NCBI RefSeq assembly: GCF_009834535.1
Contig: NC_045696.1
Coordinates: forward strand, 47,990,001-48,054,000
Length of the DNA: 64,000 nucleotides
Reading direction: 5' to 3'
Source of the DNA: Camelus ferus
Taxonomy: Eukaryota
This document shows, piece by piece, positions 27,201-38,900 of this stretch; the stretch's first letter is position 1, and each line of letters begins with the position of its first letter. Under the pieces are notes generated by a model that saw only the letters and a program-made list of their open reading frames with translations, searched no databases and was not told the origin of the DNA. The position numbers and the translations under genes were made by a program.

Positions 27201-28050
27201 TTGAGTGGTTGTGCTTTCATTCTCATTTGTCTCAAGGTATTTTTTAATTTCAGCTTTGATTTCCTCATTGATCCATTGTTTTTTCAATAACATATTGTTT
27301 AATCTCCATGCTTTCCTTTTTTTCTCCTTTGTTTCTCTGTTGTTGATTTCCAGTTTCATGGCATTGTGGTCAGTAAAGATGCTTGAGATAATTTCTATCT
27401 TCTTAAAATTGTTGAGGTTTCTTTTGTGCCCAAGTACATGATCGATCCTGGAAAATGTTCCATGTGCACTTGAAAAGAATGTATATCCTATTTTTGGGGG
27501 GTGTAATGCTCTGAAAATATCCACCAAATCTAGTTTTTCTATTGTAGTATTTAATTTCTCTGTTGCCTTGTTTATTTTCTGTCTGGAAGATCTGTCTAGT
27601 GATGTTAATGCAGTGTTAAAGTCTCCAACTATGATTGTATTCCCATCAATATCCCCCTTTATCTCTGTTAGTAATTCTTGTATGTACTTAGGTGCTCCTA
27701 TATTGGGTGCATATATATTAACGAGTGTAATATCCTCATCTTGTATCACTCCTTTAATCATTATAAAATGTCCTTCTTTATCTTTCTTTATGGCCTTTGT
27801 TTTAAAGTCTATTTTGTCTGAAATCAGTACTGCAAGACCTGCTTTTTTGGCTTTTCCATTTGCATGGAATATCCTTTTCCATCCTTTCACTCTCAATCTA
27901 TGTGTCCTTCTCCCTCAAGTGGGTCTCTTGTATGCAGCATATTGAAGGTTCTTGCTTTATTATCCAGTCTGCCACTCTGTGTCTTTTGACTGGAGCATTT
28001 AGTCCATTAACATTTACAGTAATTAATGATAGATGTGTGTTTATTGCCAT
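24255..28050 (-). pseudogene. L1 ORF2p (endonuclease/reverse transcriptase), one frameshift at ~27900
   Basis: ATG at 28050 reads MAINTHLSLITVNVNGLN...[13 protein letters not shown] then TAG. Restoring 2 nt joins the 1213-codon open frame carrying GDFN, RIDH, DH, QGCPLSP, YADD and the CCHC motif (~1265 aa). Confidence 0.93.
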
Positions 28051-28453
28051 TTTGAACTTATCTTTGCAGTTGAATTGGTATATCCTCTTTGTTCCTTTCT
28101 TCTTCCTTTTGTGGTTTGGTAATTTTCCTTTGTATTATCATGGATTTTATTTAATTTTTGTGACTCCTTTGTAAATTTTTGGCTTGTGGTTACCCTTTTT
28201 TGTAAATCTATCAACCCATTACTATAACTGTTTTTATTAAACTGATAGTAACATGATCTCAAACCCATCCTACTGTTAAAAAAATTTAAAAAGAAAGAAA
28301 AAGATATTCTATATTTCCCTGCCTCCCTCTCCCACTCTCAGTGATTTGTATGTCTTCTTTTATAATTTCATGTTTACTTTATTTGTAATTCATGAGTTAT
28401 CACCTTTCCAGTTGTGTGTTTCTCATTTCTGTAGCATCCTGCTGCTTTTCTAT

Positions 28454-29357
28454 TTAGAATAGCGCTTTCAATATTTCTTTTAGCATGGGTTTAGTGTTGC
28501 TAAACTCCTGCAGCTTTTTTTTGTCTGTGAAACTCTTTATTTCTCCTTCTATCCTCAAGGATAGCCTTGCTGGATAAAGGATCCTAGGCTGCATCTTTTT
28601 TTCATTCAGGGCTTTGAATATATCTTGCCACTCCCTTCTGGCCTGTAGTGTTTGTGTAGAGAAATCAGCTGAGAGCCTTATGGGGGTTCCCTTGTAACTT
28701 ACTCTTTGCTTTTCTCTTGCTGCCTTTAGAATCATTTCTTTATCCTTGCCTCTGGCCATCTTGATTATGATATATCTTGGTATGGGTCTATTTGGGTTCT
28801 TCCTGTTTGGGACCCTCTGAGCTTCCTGTACTTGGATATCTGATTCCTTCTTTAAGTTTGGGGAGTTTTCAGTCATGATTTCTTCAAAAACCTTTTCAAT
28901 CCCCTTTGATCTTTCTTCTCCTTCTGGGACCCCTATTATGCGAAGATTGGGACGCTTTATATTATCCCATAGGTCCCTTATGCTATTTTCATTATTTTTT
29001 ATTTGCTTCTCTTGTAGTTCTTCTGAATGAGTGCTTTCTATTGCCCTGTCTTCTAGATCACTAATTCGTTCCTCTGCATTATCTAGTCGGCTTTGCACAG
29101 CTATTAGATCATTCCTCATCTCTGTCAATGAGTTTACCCATTCTACTTGGCTCTTCTTTATAGCTTCAATTTCATTTTTGAACATATTTTATATCTCTAA
29201 ACACTATCTCTTTTAATTCCTTCAGCAATTCGATCACTCCTTTTTTGAAATCTTGATCTAGTAGGCTATCGATGTCTATTTCGTTGATCTTTCTTTCAGG
29301 GGATTTCTCTTGTTCTTTTAATTGGGAGAAGTTTTTCTGCTTCTTCATCTTGCTCAT
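28454..29357 (-). pseudogene. L1 ORF1p, one +1 frameshift at ~29180
   Basis: ORF 29172-29357 and ORF 28454-29185 (NLRIIGVPEGEE, ARREW, YPARLS) fuse into 300 aa if one nt is removed from TATGTTCAAAAAT. Confidence 0.92.
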
Positions 29358-29849
29358 ACCTCTTTGGCACTGTGGTTTATGGAGTATCAGTTGTTTATTT
29401 TGGTCCTTAAGGATTTTATCTATCTGATGCCTATTTAGGAATAGAACTTAGGAAAAAAAGAAAAAAAAAAGAGAGAGAGAAAGAATTTTAAAAGAAGGGA
29501 GAAAGAGGGTTTGAAAACAGTGTATAATGAATAATAGAAGAGTGAGTTGAAGCAGAGTATTAATCGGGTTGAGACGTCTTTTTAAAACCTTTACAAAAAA
29601 AAGGGGGGGGAGATGAATAGATATATTTGAAACCTGTGTCTAATCAATAGCAGGACATCAAAACCCAAGAGAAATAGAAATGAATTAAGAAGTAAAGATT
29701 AAGAGAGTAACAGAAAATAGAACAGGTAAAAACAGATTTAAAAAAAAAAGGGGGGGGGGGGTTGTCGGTGTTCTCCTGGAGTCTGTGTGCTTTTAATGTG
29801 AAGTCTTTCTGTCTTCGTCCTGTTTTGGAAGCTCAGCTTGCTGTTTTCA

Positions 29850-31037
29850 GAGGCCCTCCGTTGGCGCCCTCTTCTGTGCTGCTCCCAGCACCTGTCGCAA
29901 GCAGATCGCGCCTCCTCCTAACACTGGGTCAGGTGCAGCTCTCCTCTGCTGTGGGCGGGCGGGTCGCTGCCCCTCCGGATGCCGCAGTCAGATGTTGCAG
30001 ACTGGCCAGGTAGGAGGGCGGGTCGTGCCCCCCTCCCAGCACCTCGGTCAGGGGCTGTGTTCCTGCCGGAAAGGCGGGGGGGCCGCTCTCGCTCTACCTG
30101 CACCGCCGCCGGTAGCTCCGCTGCTCTGTGCGGTTGCGCGCTCCGCCCTGGTCGGCGCTCCGCAGGTGGGCTCGGGGAAGACCGAGGGACAGCCCTGTCC
30201 CTGCTCCGAGCCAGAATCCAGCTCCTTGTTTGTCTTTGTGGAGCAAGTTCTCTGAGGGACCAGGATGGAAGGATCCTGTCTGCCCCGGGCTGCAGGCCAG
30301 TCTCAGTCTGGCCTTTGCGGCTGCTAAGCCCTTCGGTGCGGTTGCAGGTTTCGCCCCCGCCCCCGCCTGAGTGCTCAGCGCGGAGGATATGGCGGCTGTG
30401 CCTGAGCCCCGCCTCTCTTCCCCTGAAAACTTTCCGCGGGTTTTCAGAGATGGGGGTGTGCACCCTTCCCCCGAGAGCACATCAACCTTGCTGTTTTATG
30501 CAGGGCCCAGGTTGTTTTGCCCTGTGCACCCACAGCCACGGCGCGCAGCCCCTTGCGTTCCCCTGGGGCTGCCTCCGTGCAGCCACTTCCGTCCTCCGCC
30601 CGGCTTGTGCAGCCTGGCCCTGCCCGCCGCTGCCGGCCCGCGTCTCAGGCTGGGTGTCGGGGGGATGCTCTGTGCCCGTTTAACTTAGTTCTGTTAGTCA
30701 AGGGCTGCTCTGTACAGATCCGAGCCTCGGAGGCTCCCCCTCCGTCCCGCTGGCCTCTCAGTTGGAGAGGGGAGACCCAGCGAGCGAGCGCCAGTCCTCC
30801 TTTGCCGCTCCCTCCCCGCGGGACCCGTCCCGCGCTGCTTTGCCTTTTGTTCTTTCTTTTTTCCTTTTCTCCTACCAGATTTTTGGCGTCTTTATCTTTT
30901 GAAGAGGGTGATGTTCTGTCGGAGTTCCACAGGTGCTCTGGTTGGCTGAGTGGGTCTGCAGATGTGGGTCTTGGTGTATTTGTGGGAGAGGGTGACCTGC
31001 GAGCGTCCTTCTACTCCGCCATCTTCTCCCGGAAGTC
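29850..31037 (-). promoter_or_regulatory. L1 5' UTR CpG-island internal promoter with YY1 site
   Basis: The only GC/CpG-dense block in the window. It has AAGATGGCGG (+ strand CCGCCATCTT at 31016-31025) and GC boxes near 29953-30080. Confidence 0.85.
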
Positions 31038-31745
31038 TCTAAGAGTTGTATTGTTTCAGGTTTTATGTTTAGGTATTTAATCAGTTTTGTTGATTTTGGT
31101 AAATGGTGTGAAATAATGGTCTAATTTCATTCTTTTGAATATGGATATGCCATTTGCCATACACCATTTATTAAAGAAACTCTCTTTTCCCCATTGTGTA
31201 TTTTGGGCACCCTAGTCAAAGATCAGTTGACTGTATCCAAATAGATTTATTTCTAGGATCTCTATTCTGGTGCATTGGTTTATGACTGTTTGTATGCAGT
31301 ATCATACTGTTTTAATTACTGTAGCTTTGGAATATGTTTTGAAATCAGGATCATTATACTTCCAGCTTTGTTCTTCTAGCTCAGAATTGCTTTGGCTATT
31401 TGGGGTCTTTTGTGATTCCAAATAAATTTTATGATTTTTTTTTCAACTTATGTGAAAAAAATGCAATTGGGATCAGTAGGGTGAAGCCACAAAGGGATAG
31501 GGCTGCTTTTGGTTCTGCAACCAAGTCTATGGATGATGGATCTACTATTGGGGCATGGACCTGCCTTCTTAAAGTGGCTGTTTTTAGTCTTGGGCTCCAA
31601 AGAGTTGTCATAACTTCTTATCTGGATCCCAGAGCTTCTACAGAGGCGCTTTTATCCATGAATGGTTGCTGAATTCGTGTTTCTGTGAGGGTTGAGGTCT
31701 GGGGACTTCCTATTCTGCTGGCTTGCTGACATCACCCAACATTAA

Positions 31746-32289
31746 TGTTACAGTACAATTATTAGCAGAGATAGATAGCTAGATATGAGCAGAGAAAGGG
31801 GGTATGGGCCAAATGTGAGGAAATCACACATTTTAGGGTGACAAGGATCCTATAGGCTGACAAAGAAAGGTGGGAAAAGGTGGAAATCTCCAACATTCGA
31901 ATGTAGCCTTTTGCTCATTATGCTTTGATTAGAATAAAATTAGTCTTGCAGATAAGAAGTATCCATCATGCAGTGCTGCCATGACACTTCTTATTAAGAC
32001 TAAATAAGGACAAAAATTCCTGCTCCCCTTGAGAAGGTGGATTGGTATGAAAATTAGGAAATATGACCCCAAGTGCCTCCCTCTCCAATCAATATTTCGC
32101 CTATTTGTTTTTTACACCCCATGTAACCAGCTTACCAAAGAAGCCCAGAGCAACTATTCACCTGAGTCTGCCCACTCTACCCTTGAGAGCATACTACCGC
32201 TTAATAAATCCTTGCTTCGCTTTCTTAACTTCTGTGTCTCAACTCTGATTTCTTTCTGCAATGAGACAAGAACCTACTCTCTGGTACCG
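31746..32289 (+). mobile_element. ERV solo LTR (~540 bp, ERV1-like)
   Basis: Starts TGTTAC, has AATAAA at 32203-32208 and a U5-like 'ttctttctgcaatgagacaagaacc'. It interrupts L1 sequence. The right end and TSD are not resolved. Confidence 0.6.
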
Positions 32290-33697
32290 AAACTGAACAG
32301 AAGTGGAGAGAGCAATTATTTTGCCTTATTTTTTTGAACTTATAAAAATACCATTCACTCTTTTACCTAGCAGTAAGCTTTTTGTAGATGTCCCTTATAA
32401 GGTTGAGAATGCTCTCTTTTATTCCTAATTTGTTGAAAGTTTTTATAAGACTTGGATGTTAGATTTTTATCAAGTGTTTCTGTTTTGAGATGACCATAAA
32501 GCCTTTTCTTAGTCTTTAAAATATATAAATTACACTGAATAATTTTTTAATGTTAAAACAAATTTGCATTCCTGAAATAGACTTGTCTTTGTCATGATGC
32601 ATTATCCTTTTTATATTGTTGGGTTCAATTTGCTAAATTCTTAATTTTTAAGTTTTTGCCTTCATGTTCACAAGGAATATATAGGTCCATAGGTCTGTAT
32701 TTTTTTTTTTTTTTAATGCCTCTGGTTTTGGTATCAGAGTAATTCTGGCCTTAGTGAATGAAAGTTTAAGTATTCCTTGCCTAAGTGTTTTATAGTATTC
32801 ACCAGTGAAGCCAGGTGGGACTAGTTTTCTTTGCAGGAAGATTTTTAGCTACAATGCTAAAAATGATATAGAGCCATGAAAAACTAATTCTTCTTGAATG
32901 AGTTTTGGTAATTGTTGTCTTCCAAAAATTTTTGATCATTTTATCAATGTTGTCAACTTTATTGGCATGAAGTTTTCATAATACTCTTTTATTATTTTGT
33001 TTTAATATCAGTAGAATCTGTAGCAGTGTCACCTTACTTATTCCAGATATTGTTAATTTGTGTTTACTCTCTTTTTTCCCCCAGATCATTCTGGATAGAA
33101 ATTTATCAATATTATCAATCTGATTAAAGAACCAGTGTTTGTTTTCATGGACTTACTACATAGTTTTCTGATTTGTATTTTACCACTCTGTCCTTCCTTC
33201 TGCTTATTTGGATTTCATTTGTGCATCTTTTTCTAGTTTCTAAGGTAAAAGTTGTGGTTGTTGATTTGGGACTTTTTTTTTTTTTTTTTCTGTTAAAGCA
33301 AGTAGCGCTATAAGCTTTCTTGTAACTATAACTTTCACTGCATCCCCAAAACTTTGATATGTTGTGTTTTTATTTTTAATTCAGTTTAAAATACCTTCCA
33401 TTTCCCCTTCTGATTTCTTCTTTGATTTATGAATTATTTATAAGTGTGCTATTTTGTTTTTACATATTTGGGGATTTTTAAAAAAGATATCTTAATGTAG
33501 TTGGTTTCAAATTCAGTTCTATGGTGGCAATACTTGATTGATTTTAAATGTATTGAGATTTGTTTCATGACCCAGAATATGGTTTATGTTGTTGTGTCCT
33601 GAGGGAACTTGAAAAGAATGTGTATTCTGCAGTTGTTGAGTGGAATGTTCTATAAGTGTCTTAGTCAACTAGATTGATAATGCTCAAGTCTCGTACA

Positions 33698-34012
33698 CAG
33701 GCAGACCTCGTTTTATTGCACTTCAATTTATTGTGCTTCACAGATATTGCATCTTTCACTAACTGAAGATTTTTGGAAAACTGCTTTGTCAGATGATGGT
33801 TAACATTTTTTAGCAATAAAGTGTTTTAATGAAGATATGTACACTAATTTTCAGACATGATGCTATTGTGCACCTAATAGCCTACAGCATATATGAACAT
33901 AACTTTTATATGCACTAGGAAATCGAGAAATCCGTGTGACTAGTTTTATTGCGATGTTCCCTTTATTGTGGTGCTCTGCAACCCAACCCACAGTGTTTCC
34001 GAGGGAAGCCTG
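33698..34012 (+). mobile_element. Internally deleted Tigger1-like DNA transposon
   Basis: Inverted termini CAGGCAGACCTCG and CGAGGGAAGCCTG, followed by TA. Confidence 0.85.
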
Positions 34013-35589
34013 TATTCCCAATGATTTTCTTCCTTGTGCAGTGAGGGGTTTTTAAAGTTATTTAACTATAATTATGGATTTGTCTATTTCATTTTTTTGC
34101 AGCTCTATCAGTGTTTATTTCATATATTTTGAAGCTCTCATTAGCTGTATGTATGTATTAGGGTTTGGTATCGTATATCTACTTGATGAATTGACCCCTA
34201 TATTACTATGAAATATCCCAATTTCGTCTCTGTTAATATTCTTTATAACGAAGTCAACTTTGTCTGAAAAAATATAGCCATTTCAAGCTTTAATTTTCTT
34301 TTGAAGAGATTTGAATAATAAAATTATCCTTACATTTGCCAGTGTAGTTATCACTTCCTATGTGTTTCATGCCTACTTAGACCCAGTGTTTCTATCTGAT
34401 TTCTTGTTCCTTCTGCTTAAAAAACTTCCTTTAACATTTCTTGTAATGCATGTCTGAGTTCTTTTTGGTTTTGTGTGCCTGAAATAATCTCCATTTTGCT
34501 TTTGTTCCTAAGAAGTAGTTTCATGGGATAAAGAATTATAAGTTGATATGTTTTGTTTTTTCTTTCTATGCTTTTAAGATGTTGCTTCCCTGTCTTGTTT
34601 ATATTGTTTCCAATATGAAATAAGCTGTCATCCAAGTACAATGCCGACAGAGGCGCATGTTATGTGCCTCTGTACATAACATGTCTTTTTTCTTTTGCTG
34701 TTTTAAATATTTTTCTTTTATCAGTAGTTTAGAGGAATTTGATTTTGATGTATGTTCATACAGTTTTCCTCGTTTTTCTTGTGCTTTGAGTTTGAGCTTT
34801 TGGATCTGTGGGTTTCTAGTTCCTCCTTTCTCCTCACTTCTCTTGGGACTCTAATTACATATATTTTAGATTGCTTGAAATTGCCCCACAGCTTATCAAT
34901 TCTCTGCATATTTTTTAGTACATTTTCTCTTAAAGTGTTATAATGGATAGTTTTGACTGCTTTGTATTCAAGCTCACTGATCATTTTCTTCTGCAGTGTC
35001 TCATCTTCCACAATCATAGCCAATGAAATTTTCCTCTCAGACATTGTCCTTTTCATCTCTAGAAGTTTAATTTGTGCCTTTTTTTTTTTTTTGGTTTCTA
35101 TGCCTCCACTTCACATATTCAGTCTTTCCTCTAAATTCTTAAATGTACAAAATATAACTAAAATAACAGTTAACATTCTTTGTCTGCTAATTCTCTCTTC
35201 TGTGTCATTTCAGGGACAGTTTCAGTTGACTCCTCTCTTCACCATGGGTCCTGTTTTTTATGCTTCTTTGCATGCCTGGTAATTTTTTTATAGGATACCA
35301 GGTATTTAAAATGTTATCTGGTTGGTGGCTTTATACATTAATATTCTTTTAAATACTCTTGGGCTTTGTTCTGGGATTTGGTTAAGCTACCTGCAAACAG
35401 TTCGATGCATTTTGGACTTTCCTTTAAGTCCTATTAGGTGGAACCAGAGAAGTTTCTAGTCTGTGGCTAATTTTTCCCCAGTACTACAGCCAAACTGCTC
35501 TGATTACTCTACTCAATGCCCTGTGAATTATGAGCTTTTGATCTGTAGCTGGTGTGAACTGGTACCTCCCTGGCCCTATATGAGCTCCC

Positions 35590-35756
35590 AGCAAAGCTGG
35601 GGCTAGGGTGAGGCGAGCAAGATATCAGGGTGGAAGGTTGAAGATGGTACGCTCTCTGAGGCTCATCTGAGTGCAGAGTCTGGTAGAGCAAGTACCTCCT
35701 AAAATTTTGTGTCCTGGAAGGGCACCATGGTTGTCTAACAGTAGTCCCAGTCCTGG
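35590..35756. mobile_element. MER96-like hAT MITE
   Basis: Inverted ends 'ctggggctagggtgaggcgag' and 'tagtcccagtcctg'. Confidence 0.55.
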
Positions 35757-35780
35757 TACACAGGATCAGTCATTCTAGTT

Positions 35781-35989
35781 CAGAGGTCAGCAAACTTTTT
35801 CTCTAAGGACTAGATAGTAAATACTTTAGGTTTGTGAGACATACAGGTTCTGTGGCATCTACTCACTGCCACGATTGTAGCATGAAGTAGTCATATACAG
35901 CATGTGAATGATAGGCGTGGCTGTGTTCCAGTAAAATTTTATTTACCAAAAGAGATGGTTGGCCCACTGGCTGTGGTTTGCTGATTCCT
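35781..35989. mobile_element. MER58A-like hAT-Charlie MITE
   Basis: 'cagaggtcagcaaact...ggcgtggctgtgttccagtaaaattttattt...ggtttgctgattcct'. Confidence 0.8.
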
Positions 35990-38900
35990 TCTCCAATCCC
36001 CGGGGTGCTCTTTCTGCAGGCTTGAGTAGTTTCTTCACAAGCATGTGCTAGTTAGTACTTAACCGTGCAGATTTTCAGTTAAAATTTGTTCAACTCTTTT
36101 CTCCAGCACTTTCCCTTGCAAACTCTAGTTACCTTGGTCTCTTATCCTCCCAGCCCCATCCCTCCACCTCAGGGAGACTACTTGGCTCTAAATGAGTTTG
36201 CTCTTCTTGTGTCATGGCCTCTTCATTGGCTGACACCCAATATCTCAAGTGCATAATGTTTCACATTCTGTGTACAATTTTTTAAGTTATTTCAGGTGAG
36301 AGGATACATCTAGCCCTTGTTACTTCATCTTGGCTCAAAGTAAAAAATCTCTAGCAGTATGTTTTAAAATTAGATTGTACCATCATCTCTTGTTACAAAT
36401 AGAAATGAAATAAATTATTTGTACAGAATAAAACATTCAGAATTCATAATTTAACTAACTTTATACACTTATCAAGTTGTCATAGACCTCCAGAATTCTG
36501 ATTTCCTCATTTGTAGGAGGATAATGATACCCGTCTCACAAGGTTGTTAGGAAGTTTAAATGAATAATAAATGAGAAAGCACGTAGAACTGTGTACGTCT
36601 TACTCATAGTAGGCATTAAGATGTTTAATTCACTTTCCTGAGTTTGATGTGTTGATTAATTAAAACTGGTTGCAAGTTTTAGACTGTGTGCAGGGGTTAG
36701 AAGTATACTGAGGAATGTAAGTACATGTAAATTATATTGTTGCTATTTTAATAGTACAGCCAAAGTTTGTGAGTTGGGTACTGGTGGTAAGTACCCTATA
36801 TTTCACTTGTCTGCCCTTATCCTGTAAAAAGGAGTTTAATTAAAGTAGTATTATATTTGCCATTTGTAGATTCTCTTTAGTGGAATGTCTCCTTATGTCA
36901 TTTGCCCATTTTTTAATTGGATTTTTTTAACTGATGAGTTTTGAGGGTTCTTTATATATTCTAGATTTAAGTCTTTTGTCAGATATACGGTTTGCAAATA
37001 TTTTCTCTTATTCTGTAGCTTGTCTTTTCATTCTCTTATCAGCATCTCTCACACAGAAAACTTTTTTTTCTTGAACTGTGATGAAGCCCAGTTTATAAAG
37101 ATTTTCCTTTTGTCCATACTCTTAAGTGTCATGTCTGAGGACTCTCTACTAAGCCTTAGGTCCTAAAGATTTTCTCCTATGTTATCGTCTATATTTTTAT
37201 AGCTTTATGTTTTATGTTTAAAGCTATGGTCATTCAGATTTTTGTATAATGTATAAGGTTTAGATTAAAGTTCATTCTTTTGCCTATGGGTTTCCAATTG
37301 CTCCAGAACCATTTATGGAAAATATTATATTTCTTTCACTGAATTTCTTTTGCATTTCTGTAGAAAATAAATTGGCTGTACTTGTGTGGGTCTATTTCTG
37401 AGTTATCTGTGACATTCCATTGATCTACATGTCTATCCATTTGTCAGTACCACACAGTCTTGATTATTTTGGCCATATAATAAAGTCTGAAGTTAAATAG
37501 AATAATTCTTCCCATTCTATTATATTTTAAAATCATTTCAGATACCCGAGGTCCATTGCTATTCCACACATTTTAGAATAGTCTTGTCTATGTATTCAAA
37601 ATAAATTTTGCTGGGATTTTGATAGTGATTGTGATATACCTCAATTAATTTGGGCATCTCTGCTATGTTGTCTTCTTGTCCATGAAACCATGACACAATA
37701 TGTCTCCCTATTTATTTAGGTCTTCTTTCATGAGCATTTTGTGATTATCAGCATACAGATTCTGCATATGTTCAGTTAAAAGTACATCTAAGCATTTCTT
37801 TTCTTTTTTCTAATGATTAAAGATGTAGTCTGTTTTAAATGTTGGTATCCATGTGTTCATTGCTGGTATATAAAAATACAACTGATTGTTGTATGTTGAT
37901 CTTATATTCTGTGACCTTGCTGAACTCACTTAGCTGTTTAATGAATTTCTTTGGGTTTCCTATATGTACGATCATGTCATCGGCAAATAGGGACAGTCTT
38001 ACTTCTTTCTTTCTGATCTATATGCCATTTCTTCTCTTTACTTGTTTTAATGCACTAGCTGAAACTTCAGAACTATGCTGAACAGAATTGATGAGAAGAG
38101 ACATCCTTGCCTTGTGATCTAAGGGGAAAGCTTTCAGTCTTTCACTATTAAATATGATGTTAGCTGAAGGCTTTTTGTAAATGATTTTAATCAAGTTGAG
38201 AAAGTTCCCATTTATGTCTAGTTTTCTGAGAGTTTTTAGTTTAAATGAGTAATGAGTATTGCCAAATACTTTTTCTGCAGCAATTAATGTGATTGTGTAA
38301 TTTTTCTTTTTGCCCTGTTAATATGGTAGATTACATTGATTGATTTTCTAATATTGAATTAGCTCTGCCTCCTTAGAACAAACATACCATATGGTCATGG
38401 TTTATAATTTTTTAAAATATATTCCTAAAGTCTATTTGCTAACATTTTGTTAAAGTTGTGTGTGTGTGTGTGTGTGGTTGTTTAATGAGGAATATTGGTC
38501 TGTAGTTTTCATTTTTTGTATTGTCTTTGGAATCAGGATAATAGTGGCTCCACAGAATAATGTGGGCATGTTGCCTTCTTATTATTTTTTTAAAAATGTG
38601 TAGAATTAGTATTATCTTTTCTTTCAGCATTTGGTAGAATTCTGCAGTGAAACCATCTGGAACTGGATGTGTCCTTTTTGAGACTTTAAAATTAATAATT
38701 CAATTTCTTTAACAGTTATGGGGATATTCAAGTTATTGACTTCACTTTGCATGAACTGTGGTAGCTTATGTTTTTGAGGAATTCGTCTGTTTCATCAAAA
38801 TTGTCAAATTTACATGTGGATAGCTGTTCATAGTATTATTCTTTTGGTGTCTGCAATATCTGTAGTAATTTCCTACATTTCCTTTCTGATATTGCTAATT

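Larger units (their letters stand above)
23929..31037 (-). mobile_element. Full-length young LINE-1 (~7.1 kb)
   Basis: TSD TCTAAGAGTT at 23919-23928 and 31038-31047. Poly(A) appears as a T run to 23940. The 5' start is GACTTCCGGGAGAAGATGGCGG, followed by a 5' UTR, ORF1, spacer, ORF2 and 3' UTR. Confidence 0.97.
22636..31738 (-). mobile_element. L1MA-type (L1MA9-like) element hosting the young L1
   Basis: 3' UTR and ORF2 end at 22636-23928 continue seamlessly at 31048-31473. An L1 5'-terminus-like piece follows at 31474-31738. Confidence 0.75.
20575..36345 (-). mobile_element. Near-full-length ancient L1 (L1MC/L1MD-like), split by nested insertions
   Basis: 3' end at ~20575. ORF2 breaks at ~22635 and resumes at ~32293 ('ctgaacagaagtggagagagc'). 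ORF1 remnants at 34417-35056 (ALQEMLKEVF). A 5'-terminus-like 'ccttgttacttcatcttggc' lies near 36315-36335. Confidence 0.7.

Noticed and set aside
24255..27896. 1213-aa ORF as an intact ORF2p
   Set aside because: It starts at TTG and lacks the first ~52 endonuclease residues (NVNG, QET), which lie upstream in another frame.
24757..28174. Hydrophobic + strand ORFs of 65-186 aa
   Set aside because: They are antisense shadows of A-rich L1 ORF2.
29850..31037. CpG island as a host gene promoter
   Set aside because: It lies wholly inside the TSD-bounded L1 and is its 5' UTR.
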